From the NCBI RefSeq assembly GCF_030144855.1, contig NC_082722.1, positions 26,908,001-26,972,000 on the forward strand: DNA of 64,000 nt, written 5' to 3'. Positions within the stretch are counted from its first letter, which is position 1; every line of letters begins with the position of its first letter. A program made the translations under genes and the position numbers. Positions 1 through 12,489 of the stretch are shown here, one piece after another. Under the pieces are notes generated by a model that made no database searches, was not told the origin of the DNA, and worked only from the letters and a program-made list of their open reading frames with translations. Source of the DNA: Hypanus sabinus. Lineage: Eukaryota.

Positions 1-690
1 TTTTGCATCTATACAAAAATTGATCACAGATAACGCATGTGTAAATTTGGAAAGTTACTGGTTAATTTGGTTTTCAAAGTTTTTTGGATTTATTCGAGGC
101 AATTATGACAAAAAAATCAAAGATTGAAAATTAAGAATAAGAACTGTAATAAGCTATTCCGCGCCTCACTAATGTCTAGCCATTCACAGTTGTAATGTCT
201 AATAAGCTCAGTCTTCTGCTGCATTCCACAGTCCTCGATTTTTTAAATAAATCAAAAGTTATTTCTTAAAAACAAGATAAATTCGGCAGATCCTGTAAAT
301 CCAATCAATAGGTATTTACTCCCGCTTAAATAGGTCCCAATAATTTTGGCTCTACAGATCTCAGATGATAACTATAAAAATCCAGAGATTCGCCACCATC
401 GGCGAGATTCTTTTTAGGCAGGGAAAATCCACCGAATAAAAGCTATTTTGCACACTTAAGTCAACGTTCAACCGAGGGAAATAGAAATCGCTCGATTTTG
501 TTGAACATTCGCAACTTGTCCTCGTGATAACATTCCTCTGCTTTAATTTTGATAAGTAAAAGTCGTATGATGAAAGTTAACCTAAACCGTCTGTTCAGCT
601 AATCACTACTCTTGATTTTCATATTCATTCACGACTTAATGCACATGATTAGTTGTAAAATACAACTGCAGTATCACATGGTCGTAACAG
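1..690 (-). repeat. Inverted copy of the locus flank block also found at ~18, ~30, ~49 and ~63 kb
   Basis: The reverse complement matches 48.9-49.5 kb, e.g. ttctatttccctcggttgaacgttgacttaagtgtg vs tatatttccctcggttgaacgttgatataagtgtg, and gcggaatagcttattacagttc vs ccggaatggcttattgctgttc. Confidence 0.8.
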
Positions 691-693
691 AAA

Positions 694-1009
694 TGTCAGC
701 GCAGCGAACAGGCAAGAAAATCCATCCCTACCTATGTTCCTGCCGCTCCTTCTCTCTTTAACTCCCTCACGCTTTCACCCCAAAAGCCGACGCAGCACTA
801 GCTTACAGACTCACGAGGAAGAATAACATCTATCCCAATTGGTTAACAAATGAACACAATTCTCGTTATCAGCAATTATAACCCGAACAAGCTGCGGGAG
901 GAAACAATCTCTCACGAGTTATCATAACAAAGAAACATTTTTATTTTAACATAACAAAGAAACCATTTTATTAGCCGTAGCTGTAATATAAAAGAAGAAA
1001 CCCCTTACA
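694..1009 (-). mobile_element. Partial/solo LTR related to the Gypsy LTR at 11786-12398
   Basis: Shares ccaaaagcc...aataacat..ccattggttaacaaatgaa.acaatt with 12.2-12.3 kb and starts TGTAAGGGG on the minus strand. The left boundary is uncertain and no TSD was seen. Confidence 0.55.
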
Positions 1010-1927
1010 AGTATATTTGCAAAAATCAAAATCTCAGGCGAGAAATAGAATATGCAATTAGGGGATCAGGAATGATGTGAATATTACCTCGTGCACGGTT
1101 ATATCAGCGTGATCGAACGACAAATTTAGTAAGGTTATTCAAAAGGCTCTGTGAGTTGAGAGTATGATCTAACTGATTCCGGCTGAGAATATTAAGAGGT
1201 AGTTTCCTTCGGCCAGAGGTAATTCCTTGTCGTGATAAGAGTCCGTACTCAGCGATTTCTTCACTGAGAGGCTGGTACATCTTCCTAATGTTTACACCCT
1301 AATATTGGACATGTGTATTCATTGGAAACATCCGAGACAGACGTCATTATATTTCATACCAGTTGAGAATCGAAGCATCTGAACTGTACAGGAAAGTGAG
1401 AGAAGATCCAGCATAATTTTGAAGTTGGTCAATTTTATAAATAGTCAAATGGTATTTATGATTCAAATATTCATAAATGATATTTAGGTACACCCATTGT
1501 TCCATTCTCTGCTCTTTTCTTTAACTACTTGCGCAGTTCTACGCCTGTAGTGACCTTTGCACTTAAAGCTGGAATTCTCTCTGCAAGTGTCTTTGTTTCA
1601 TTACTTAATCTAAGTTTGCTTGCTGATCTCTCCGGTTTTCATCAAGGACCCAGTCACTTCTTCTCATATATGGTTCGGATTGTGCTTTTTAATATTCTGT
1701 TAATGCATCTTGTGTTTCTTATGAAAGTAAAACGTCATTTTACCTAGTTTGCTAATGGAATCTGTTGAGAGAGTTTTTGAGTGACAGTTCAGAAACAGAA
1801 ACCATGCTATTTCGAAGCTGTGATCAAACTCTTTGCAAAGACATCGTAAAAAGAAATTCTCTTTTCTTTTTCCAAATAAAACATACTCACTGTAAAGAAC
1901 AAAATCACAAACAAGAGAATATCTGTA

Positions 1928-2114
1928 NNNNNNNNNNNNNNNNNNNNNNNNNNNNNNNNNNNNNNNNNNNNNNNNNNNNNNNNNNNNNNNNNNNNNNNNN
2001 NNNNNNNNNNNNNNNNNNNNNNNNNNNNNNNNNNNNNNNNNNNNNNNNNNNNNNNNNNNNNNNNNNNNNNNNNNNNNNNNNNNNNNNNNNNNNNNNNNNN
2101 NNNNNNNNNNNNNC
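1928..2114. other. Assembly gap (187 N)
   Basis: Run of N. Confidence 1.
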
Positions 2115-2414
2115 CAGGATCATCAGTCCTGCTGCAGGGTCTCGACCTGAAACGTCGACTATACTTTTCTCCAAAGATGCTGCCTGGCCCGCTGAGTTTC
2201 TCTGGCATTCTGTGTATGCACTGTAAAGAACTACTGTGTTAGATAATCTGTTTGCTCCATACGTCCCATCATCTCCTTAAAACCCGTGTTATACTGCGTC
2301 TCTTGCAATATTTCCATGTTCAGGAATGAATTACTCTTTAAAATGCTCTACGTTCTTGTCTCACGGTCTCTATATATTTATATATGTTTTACAGTTTCGT
2401 CTTCTTTTTGCCAG

Positions 2415-2522
2415 ATCTAGAAAACAGCAATAAACCCCTGATTCTTGGGTGTAAATTGGGTGGAATAGCAATTGTAATTATGTGTATAATTTTGATAAGA
2501 ATCGGAGTTAAGGCAAAACTTG
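2415..2522 (+). CDS. G0 transmembrane exon of a VJ-C1 receptor paralog: (D)LENSNKPLILGCKLGGIAIVIMCIILIRIGVKAKL
   Basis: Acceptor ttcttttTGCCAG, donor G|GTAACA, 108 nt, phase 1-1, open frame. The hydrophobic stretch has the LI..C..GG.AI pattern of the G3 TM exon (52801-52899) and contains a Lys. Confidence 0.75.
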
Positions 2523-3177
2523 GTAACAACATGAATGGTTTGACAAGCACTTATTACCTCTACAGATTGAAACGAGAAATGTTAATGAGAGAATCAAGAT
2601 TTCCAAGGCATTATCGGATTCACATTCGACAATACTGATTATAAATAACGATAATTTTACACTCCCGTTCCAGTTAACCAATCCACCCTTGTACCTATGA
2701 TTTTCAGATACCTGGGGTTTTAAGGCTGTCATTTCCTGTGGCGATTTTATACAAGTAATAATACTCTCATTGTTATATTTTCGTTGATTTGAGATATAAC
2801 ATGACTGATAGCTGTGAGGAATATCAAATTTCGGCAAGAAATATGATTACTATACAACGAACAACTTCAATTTTTCTGACATTGCCGCTATTATTTAAGG
2901 TTGTCATGGTCTCGTCTGGCAATTCCCCATCATGATATTACCTCCTTACTTGGGCCTTAAATGCCCTCGTCTGATTTCCAATCATTCCCAGTTCCACTAA
3001 TTAGAAGCACACTGTGTTCCCATTAGCGAACATTGGATAAAACTCGGACGTTAAAGCCATCTTTGCCCGTTCGTTGGTCAACTCTAAAGTGAGTAAACCT
3101 TGTTCCCTGATTCCATATGACTGTCAGTTAAAGTTCCGCATAATTTGCTGGATACTGTACCTTTTCTCCGTGTAAAG

Positions 3178-3314
3178 ACTCTCCTGGGTACCGGTTCCCC
3201 GTTCGTGACGGTGCTAAGGCCTCAGTACTCTGCCTCCGCGCCTGTGTCCAGCACTTGGATTCGTCCTCAGCCTCGTCCTTGCTCAACTCTGTTCTATATT
3301 TCAAAATCCATTAG
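3178..3314 (+). CDS. Candidate G0 terminal cytoplasmic exon: DSPGYRFPVRDGAKASVLCLRACVQHLDSSSASSLLNSVLYFKIH*
   Basis: Acceptor ccttttctccgtgtaaAG. Read in phase 1 after the TM exon it stays open for 44 codons to TAG. The DNA is homologous to blocks downstream of the G2 and G3 TM exons (GCCTGTGTCCAGCACTTGGA vs GCCCATGCACAGAACTTGGA; ACVQHLD vs AHAQNLE). Confidence 0.4.
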
Positions 3315-3400
3315 GTATTAAAACAACCTCTGAAGAAGGAAATCAGAGCGGAGAACCGGAGGTGAAACAACTTTTGTTTTTGCTTCCTGGAGAGGTATAT

Positions 3401-4965
3401 TAGAAACATAGAAAACCAACAGCACACTACAGACCATTCGGCCCAGCAGACCGTGCCGAACATATCCTTATCTAAAAAATTACATACTGTTACCCAGAGC
3501 CTTCTACGTCTCTGAGCTCTATGTATCTGTCCAGGAGAATCTTTAAAGACCCTTATGTGCCTCCACCATCGTCGCTGGAAGCCATTCCACGCACTCACCA
3601 CTCTCTGCATAAAAAATAAACACCTGACATCTCCTCTGTACCTATTTCCAAGCATTTTAAAGCTGCGCCCTGTCGTGCTAGCCATTTCAGCCATGGGGAC
3701 CAAAAGCCTCTAACAGTCCACACGATCAATGCATCTCAAAATCTTATAGATCTCTATCAGGTCAACTCTCATCCTCCGCCGCTCTAAAGAAAAAAATCCA
3801 ATTCAATCAATCTATTCTCATAAGGCATGCTCACTAATCCAGGCAACATCCTTGTAAATCTCCCCTGCAGCTTTTCAATGGTTTCCACATCCTTCCCAGA
3901 GAGAGTTGACCATAACTGAGCACAGTACTCCGAGTGTGGTCAGAACAGGGTCATATATAGCCTCAACATCCCCAGAGTTGATGAAGGCCAATGCACCGTA
4001 TGCTTTCTTAAACACAGAGTTAACCTGCACAGCAGCGTTGAGTGTCCGATGGACTCACACCCCAAATCACTCTGATTCTCCACACCGACGAGGGTTTTAC
4101 CGTTAATACTCTATTCTGTCATCACATTTGACCTACCAAAACGAACCTCCTTACACTTAACTGGTTGACTTCCATCTGCAACTCCTCAGCCCAGATTTGC
4201 ATTCTATCAATATTTTGTGCTGTAACCTCTAGCAGCCCTCGACACTATCCACAACACCTCAGACTTTTGTGTCATCAGCAAATTTACTAACCTATCCCTC
4301 CAAATCCTCTTTCAAGTCAATTATAAAAATCAGGAAGAGTAGGGTTCACAAAGCAGTTCCCTAAAGCACACCACTGTTCACCGATCTATACGCAGAATAT
4401 GACAAGTCCGCAAACACGCTTTGCCTTTTCTCGACAAGCCAGTTCTGGATCCACATAGCAATGTGTCCCTGACCCATGCCTCCTCACTTTCTCAATAAGT
4501 CTTGCATGTGTTACCTTGTCGAATTCTTTGCTGAAATCCATAAACAATACATCTACTGCTCTCCTTTAATCAATGTGTTTAGTCACATCCTCAAAAAAAA
4601 ATCAATCTCGTAAGGAACAACAATCCTTTGACAAAGCCATGCTTACTATTCCTAATCACATTATGGCTCTCTCGCCTCCCACAGTAGCCTATGGTATAGC
4701 TAGCTTGCTTGGTCCGGGGTCTAATCGAATTTGATGTTCTTCAAAAGCTCCTGCACATCCTTTTTCTTAATACCTACATGTTCAAACTTTTCATTCTGCT
4801 CTAAGTCATCCCTACAATCGCCAAGATACTTTCCCGTTGCGAATACTAAAACAAAGTACTCATTAAGTATCTCTGCTATCTCTTCTGCTTCAATGCACAC
4901 TTTAGCATCATCACACTTGATTGGTCCTATTCTCTCACATCTTATCCTCTTGCTCTTCACAAACT
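3401..4965 (-). mobile_element. CR1-type LINE, 3' part (degenerate ORF2/RT)
   Basis: CR1 tail (tagaaacatagaaaa on +). ORF fragments include GNRYRGDVR..FFMQRVVSAWN and EEIAEILNEYFVLVF. Confidence 0.85.
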
Positions 4966-6164
4966 TATTGGTAGAGGATTATTATGATTAATTGCGAACT
5001 ATGTCTGTGAGTGCATGTGAACCGATGACAAAGTGACCCGCACAGAGCTGCTTCAATCGTCCGTAGTGCCCGAGGATACAAAGGTGACAGTTGTCCCTGC
5101 GGAAACTGTTGGGGAAAGGAGGAAAAAGGAAATAACTGCGGAAGGAAAAATATGACGAGAGATGAGAGACTCATTTAAATGGTGATTGAACATCAATCTC
5201 AATCTTAAAAGATCATAGGGACTTTCAGCACTAGGGAAAACAAACTCCGTGCATTTTCTAAAATAACATGTATCGCAATATCAGTTACTGGTGTTAGAAT
5301 GTTATTATGCCGCACTTTTATCATTTATGTTTACGTTTTCATACTCATTTTCTCTTTATGGATTTTTAATTGCATTAGACTCGGCACGAACAGTGTTAAC
5401 TACCTCTTTGTAACACTAAACGTGAGCGAAAACAAAGGAATTCACCAGATCAGATGCCAGGATGGGCATGTGATCTATGCAAAGGTAAACTCAAGTGATT
5501 GGGGACGGGGGAGATTCAAAATCAGCATTGTTTTCTTTAAATAATTAATGTATTAAACTATGAAAACGCATGGGACTAATTTTGACCTTATGAGGTTGGT
5601 GGTGGTCATTTGTTTGTCTGGAAGGACAATGGTTGATGATAATCATCATCACAAGCCGGGCGGAAGGTATGGAGATCCTAAGATTTCCATTCGTCAAAAA
5701 TCCCCGGTCGGCCTCACAAGTGTACTCCGAAGGTAAGCTTATGAAGTAATACGGCTGGCAAGTGGTTTGTCGCTGCATTAAACTTTGTGAATGGAACACA
5801 AAGAGGTCTGCTTTGTTTATTCATTGGTATTGCACATCAATATTCAACCTTGACATGATTCAAAGCTCTTTGTACGTTTCAAGTCAATGGTAATACTCAA
5901 AATTTTGACATCGCCCAAGACAGCAAGAAAAAAAATTACAGAAGTATGTGGACGCAGTTCAGATGAATTGGAAACCAGCCTCCTCTCTCTGTGGCCTGTA
6001 TACACTTGCCCAGATCTTTCCCATTTAAGCTGTGCAGGTATACAGCCGCGCAGTAACTGAAGTGCTCCTGCGCACTTAGCCTTTGCTGTCACGCAGCGGG
6101 AATTTTATTTTAGATAATGTTAATCTACTTTTGAAATTATGCTAATATGATTAAGAACTAGTAA

Positions 6165-7245
6165 TAAGTAGGGCGTTGGGAGTGAACCCAAATGCAAGAC
6201 ACAGACACCGAATTATCAGGAACAGGACGAGGCATGAGTAGGAAGAGAGGAAAGTCGGGAAGAACGACGCTGGGCATTACACAGGCCCCGGACAAGACTG
6301 GGACTCTGGGCCTGGACTAGAACTTGACAAGGATAGCCGAACCAGGACACGGACCTGGGAACCAGGAGCCTGGGCTTGGACTCCGACCCAGAGACTGCGC
6401 AAAGACCCAGAACCTGGGTCTTGATTCGGGCTCGTACTGCAGAACCAGGGGAGACAAGACGTGGCTACAGGACGAGGAGAGGCAACTATACTGGACATGA
6501 GGCTCATGGACAGGACAAGGGAACCCCAGCAGAGGAGGAGGGAACCCCAGCACCGGGCTGGGCAAGGTGCTTCTGGGCTGGGAGAGGCATATGTCAAGAC
6601 GAGAAAACAAAGCTGACTTGGTTGAGCAAGAGACAGGTATGCTGAGCCTTGATTGAGGAAGAGACAGCAACGCAGAGCCTTGATCGAGGAAGAACAGGAA
6701 CGAAGAACACTGAGCCTGGGTCGACGGAGGGACAGGAATAGGAACACCGAGTAGCGACCCCTCTTGGGTATAGGAGGTAGGGCCGGGACTCATTACACAG
6801 AACGCTGAACACGACGAGACAGTTCTTAACGCTAGGTAGCGGCAAAACGGCCGGACATACCTAGCAAAGGTGTGGACTCAGACAGAATGTTCCATACAGG
6901 GCGAGGCTCCAGACACAGGCAAGGCGAGACAATGCTCTAGGCTGAGGCAACGCGAGCAATACTCCAGGCAGAGGCAAGGCGTGGCAAGGCTCGAGGCGAG
7001 GCGAGTACAAGGCAAAGCTAGGCTAGGCTAGGCCTCAGGAGGAAGGTGGAGGGAAGGGATACAGACAGGGGGTTTGGACAGGAACAATCCAGCAGCCAGA
7101 GGCTGAATCCTGAAGCTATTTATGAGACCAGCCCCAACAAGAATCAGCTTTCTCAACAGAAAGTGGGGAAACCCGGAAATCCTGGAATAAGGAATCTGGA
7201 CCGGACCGTGAACCAGAATGCTTTGTCACAGAACGGACCAGGACA
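6165..7245 (-). mobile_element. GC-rich LTR-like element with internal short tandem oligomers (aggcaaggc / gacctggga)
   Basis: Abrupt GC-rich insert starting TGTCCTGG on minus, with repeated oligomers at 6290-6420 and 6915-7040. No coding domain recognised and the left end is uncertain. Confidence 0.45.
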
Positions 7246-7734
7246 GAAATATTTGTTAATGCATTTGTGAAATACCATCTGATTGTGTGCTAATGAATAT
7301 AAACCATAATTTTTCTGCTTAATGAACCTACGACAACTTTAATGTAAAACACTTTAGAGCTTCAACATTCTTACATCGTCAGTATTGCGAGTTACAACAC
7401 AGGTACAAATTGTCACAACAAACTCACAATGGAAATTGGTAGCACATTTTAATAATCTGCCAGCCCGTGTATAATCCTCTTACAGCCGGTGTAAACATTT
7501 CCTGCTCAGAGTGGTGGCTGGTCCTCATGGCTGCAATATTAGTGGTGCATTGTTTCCTACCCCGAGCAAAACAAACAAGCGGATCAAAGTTCTCGACGCT
7601 AAAATGCAGCAGTTAATTCCTCTCCATTAATACTGTCAGATCGGCTAAGTTCCTGCAAGATTTTGTGTTTATTACTCTGTACTTCAGCATCTCCAGAACG
7701 TTTTGTGTTTATCGTTCACTGGGCTATTGGCACA

Positions 7735-8390
7735 GACAGGAAATATAGAGTATACGGAAGCATTGCTTTATCGATGGACCTTAGGGTGTACATGGATAGT
7801 CTGCTGAAAAGACGAAACATCAGGATATTAGATAAGAGGGCCTTTATCCACCTTGCCCTGTTGAATGTGTATTGACGAATTTTGGGATGTCATGTTGCAG
7901 TTGTAGCTATTGGCTAGACAGTGCTTGGAGCGTTGCGTGCTCTTCTGGACATGACAAGATAAGAATTCACGTGGTAGAGTTAGAAAGATTGTAGTAGAAA
8001 TACACCGGCACATTGCCTTGAAGGGGAGACTGTCGTGGCATGGAGGGATTGTATAGAAATGGGTTGTTCACTGTGGAATACAGCGGACTGGAGGATAACA
8101 TGAAATTTGGACAAACATTGCTTCAGACATTAACATAGTGGATTCTCACAGTCAATTTCCCAAGCCTGGGGAGCTAAAGCAAGAGGACATCGTTGAATTG
8201 AGAGAAGAAATATTTAAAGGAGAATACTGCACGGCAAGGTTTTCACCCAAAGGAGGTTAGATTTATACACTATATTTCCAGAGGAAGTGGTACCGTGGTA
8301 AAGGAAGGGAAAATAACAGTTGCATAAATATTTCGTGCCGATTGGTCGAAATTGGCCTCTTCTGTGCTGTACGCCATGATTCAAGTTCTT
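7735..8390 (+). mobile_element. Old degenerate CR1 fragment
   Basis: Remnants of the CR1 RT C-terminal sequence (cattgccttgaaggggag..., aagcaagaggacatcg). Confidence 0.55.
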
Positions 8391-9014
8391 CTTTTAGCTA
8401 AAGAGCTGCAATAAAGTTTTCAGGCAGGTCAACAGGAAGTTAGAAATAGCAGAAAACAACTGCACGAACGAGCCGAATGATATCATGGAAAGCCTTTGCG
8501 GGTAAAGTTTGCATGTAGCGCAGATAAACGATTTGCAGACTCATTTAATTTTGTGCTCGTCGCTTAGTTTACAGACAGTGGCTGAAAGTTAAAATAAGTG
8601 ACTTCGAACCCTCTTCCTCTCAACTAAAAGTTTATCATGTTGTTCTGCAAGGTCCGTGTTTCGATTCTGCGGCTTGAACAGACTGCAAAGAGAAAAATGT
8701 GAAGCGTCATCACATCAAATAAAATACAATTCTAATGTTTTAATCTTTGACTGTATCAATTGCGGAACAAGTTATATTTCTGTACAGTTGTACAGAAAAA
8801 CTGATTACAATATTAATGTCAAGAGAAACATTTTGTTCATACAGCGGTCAAAGCGTGAGGGGGCATCAATGGAGAGTAATGAGCAGTGACTTTTCGGGCT
8901 CAGAACCTTGATTAGCCTGTCATGAGCGAATACATAGAGAAGGATTGAGAATAATTTTCATCTGAATCAGAAAACAATGGAATGTAGTCGGAATTCTGTC
9001 AATGTTTTTCCATA

Positions 9015-9622
9015 TAGAAACATAGAAAACGAGCATCATAATACAGGCCCTTCGGCCCACAAAGTTGTGCCGAACATGTCTGTACCTCAGAAATTACTAA
9101 GCTTCTCGACAGCCCTCTATTTTACTAAGCTCCATGTACCTATCTAAAAAGCCTCTCAAAAGACGCTGTCGTATCAGCCTGCTCCACCGTTGCTGGCAGC
9201 CCATTCCACGCACTCACCACTCTCTGCGTAAAATACTTACCCCTGACATCTCCTATGTACCTACTGCCCAGCGGCTTAAACCTGTGTCCTTTTGTGGCAA
9301 ACATTTAAACACTGGGAAAAAGTCTCTGACTATTCACATGATCAATGCCTCTCATCTTCTTGCACACCTCTATCAGGTCACTTCTCATCCTCCTTTGCTC
9401 CAAGGACAAAAGGCCGAGTTTACTCAAACTATTCTCATAAGGCATGCTCCCCAATCCAGGCAACATCCTTGTAAATCTCCTCTGTACTCTTCGTATGGCT
9501 AACACATTCATTCTGTAGTGAGGCAAATAGAACTGAGCACAGTACTCCAAGTGGGGTCTGACCACGGTCCTGTATAGCTGTAATATTACCTCTCGGCTCC
9601 TAAATTCAATTCCACGATTGAT
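9015..9622 (-). mobile_element. CR1 LINE 3' end
   Basis: ORF MVRPHLEYCAQF...RRVQRRFTRMLPGL...LEQRRMRSDLIEV plus CR1 tail. Confidence 0.9.
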
Positions 9623-10122
9623 GTCTGAAGATACCCTTCAAAGCAGAAGTAGCCTTACTATGAAGAAAGGATTTTTTTTTTAATTTGTGGTATGTGTAAC
9701 AACACCGAGGTGGATTCTAGACTGACTATTCTCTGTAAATGACTATGAAGTGTTGTCAAACTTGTACTGACATGTGCAGACCCCTGTGTGAAGACAGTAT
9801 ATGGTTTCCAATCAAAAATGTAAATCTAAATGGAAGGAAAATGTTCTTTTCAGGCCAAGACAACATGAAAATTATACTCGAGAAATATAATTTATCACTT
9901 CCATTCAGGGCCCCAAACAGTCTGTCCTGTTGAGGCAACACTTTCATTTTCAAATCTTTTATGTTTCTCTACTCTGTCCTGTACTTCCCTCGCTGCCTCC
10001 TCTACGTTGATGCAACTCAATCTAAATTAGTGGACCAGTATTTCAAGCATCTCCACTGCATCTATTAAGAGTGGATATTCCGTTAGCGAGTCATTGCCCT
10101 TCCTATCCCTATTCTCGTCGCG

Positions 10123-12398
10123 TCATTTTGGTCCACGGCTTCTTTTGATATATTGATTGTAGAAAGACCGGTACAATAAGGCCACCTGCGATCCCGTATC
10201 AAGAACGGCTTTTGCGTAAACTCCCTCTATCCGTACACCCATACTGGCACGGGGTCCTACCAGCCCATCCGGAATAGAGGCGTGAGCACCCGGTGGTCTT
10301 CCGGCTGATATCTGGGAACGTGTTCCTCCAGAGACTCCAGTCCGTTCCCTCAATGAGCCTCTCCTAAGTTTCCCCGACACCTCTCCTTTCTTAGTCGCAG
10401 GGGGGCTTGTCCTCCGCGCGACTCCGTGACCCTCACAATCCCACCTAAAGTGTCCCTCCTCTCCACAGCTACAGCACACGCTCGGCCGCCCACAGTCCCG
10501 CCTGGAATACTCCTCTTTCCCACAGTTAAAGCACACGCTGCCTGCCTCCCCTCCTCTCCCAGGACGGCTCCCGCTCCCAACCCGGGAGCGGGTACATCCC
10601 CTGTCCCTATCCTCCAGAGGGGGTTCCCTACTCCCCGGGGGTTGTCAATCCTCCACCCAGCCACCACTTCCTGTATCGCTGAAGATCGCTCCCGTAGGCC
10701 CGCGCCCCTTTTCCGCCCCAACACTCTCTCTTCCTCCCGCACCTCTCTAATCAGTTGCCCGAACGCTGGAGGGGGGCCTTTGCTATAAGCCTGCCGGATA
10801 GTCCACGCCACCTTGTCCTCCTCCAGAGAGCCACTGAATACCTGACTCATCCTCACGCTAGCCACGTCAGGCGCCTTCACTACCCCCGGCGCCGCAACCC
10901 CGTAAACATCCCCTCCATCCTAAATATGTACTCGGAGAGCTTTTCCCCTCTCCGTTGTTCCAGGCGTTGGAATTCTGCTAGAAGCAGCCAGGATTCCCCT
11001 GACAACCCAAACGCTCCCTCCAAAACTTCTATTCATTCCTCCACCGAGGCCCCAGGCTTCTCAGCTTTCACCTCCCGGACTATTTTGGCTGATAAACCCC
11101 ACAAGCTTCCCACCTATCGCTGCCTCTTCTCCTCCTCCGAGCCTGGCCACTCCTCTAACATCAAAGACGTATGCTCGATCCAAGTCTCATAGTCCACCAC
11201 CCCACCCCATCCGGAGTAGGCTTGGCTCCGGAGAACACCCCCAGCTTCAGCCGTGGCCTCCCGGCCACCCCCACCAGGGAATTAAGTGCGGCTGCCAGCT
11301 CCGAGGCTTCCACCCTACCTGGGGAGCGCGGCTTAGTCACGACTCCCTCCTCCCACCTCCCTTTACTAGTGCCAGGCACCTCTCTGGGATCCACCTCTAG
11401 CTCTAACTCTAGCTCCTCAGCCTCATCCTTGGAGATGGTGTGGAGCCCCCAAGGCCCCGCCTCCCCCGGAACACTGACCGTCGCCGGCAGTTCCAACGTC
11501 CTGACATCAGCACTCGTACGACCCAACACCCAGCTAGACTCTACCTCTTTACCACACCGTCTAGCTACCAATTATACCTGCCCAATACCCTTCACTGAAC
11601 TTCGGCCCCGCACTATCGCGTCTCCCGAAACTCGACAATTCAGTCCGCTCACTGCACAGGCATACTGCGCCAGCACACCTTCAAATTCGCACCAGCTAAC
11701 AATCTTATCTCTGTCCATCTCCGCTCTGCTGCCTGCGCGATTCCACAGCCCCTGACAATCCAATCCGGGACGAGCAGCCCACAAATGTAACACTTACCCA
11801 ACAGGCTGCTATATGTCTAGGGGAAAAGGAGATCCAACCACACACCAATCCCAACTCCCGTACACGCAGGTGCTGTGAGAATCGAGTTTATGCCTCGCGC
11901 CCGCCCACAGTATTAAACCCACAACAAATACCGTTATGAAATACACATTAAAGAGTTTACTATAATTAAAAGAGAATTAGGCAATACAATATATATGCAA
12001 GGGGAAAAAAATCAAAAAGGCGCCAACTTGTCAAAGTTCAGTAGTTTAGTGAACATCGTTGGAGCTCAAACATCGAACCATTCGACCCCTCGTCGCTTGC
12101 CTCCAACCTCCACGTCTTCGCACCTAGGACCACGCCCGGTGGTCTTCCGAGCAGTGCAGCGCACGTTCACCTTCCTCGACGACTTCCTCCCGCTCTCTCT
12201 CCAAAAGCCCGCGAAAAACCCCTCCCGCAAGTTCCCAGCCTCACAAGACAAAATAACATTCCCCATTGGTTAACAAATGAATACAATTACCATATCAACA
12301 AGTATAAAGCAAAACAACTGCGAGGGAAACACTTATGAAAGAAGCATTCCTACTCTTAACAAACCAAAAAACGCATTTTATGTAACATACACAGGACA
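10123..12398 (-). mobile_element. Truncated Ty3/Gypsy LTR retrotransposon: 5' LTR (11786-12398), PBS, PNMA-like gag with two CCHC knuckles, protease
   Basis: LTR TG...CA, followed by TGTGGGCTGCTCGTCCCGGA, a degenerate tRNA-Pro PBS. Frameshifted gag (RLKLGVFSGAKPTP; FGQLIREVREEE), CFNCGKEEYSRRDC and CCSCGEEGHFRWDC, protease LDTGSQ. Truncated after the protease. Confidence 0.9.
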
Positions 12399-12489
12399 TT
12401 GTACACGAATTTGTCTACAGCTCACTATCTCACATTATCTAACCCGAATCAAATTCTTCGTTTAAAAATAAGGTGGTTCCGTTCATTTG

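Noticed and set aside
1765-2226. ORFs spanning the N runs (also 29251-29745)
   Set aside because: Artefacts of translating through gaps.
11171-11755. 194-aa plus-strand ORF, and other long Ser/Pro-rich ORFs at 6.3-6.8 and 10.4-11.2 kb
   Set aside because: These are antisense shadows of the GC-rich gag or LTR-like sequence.
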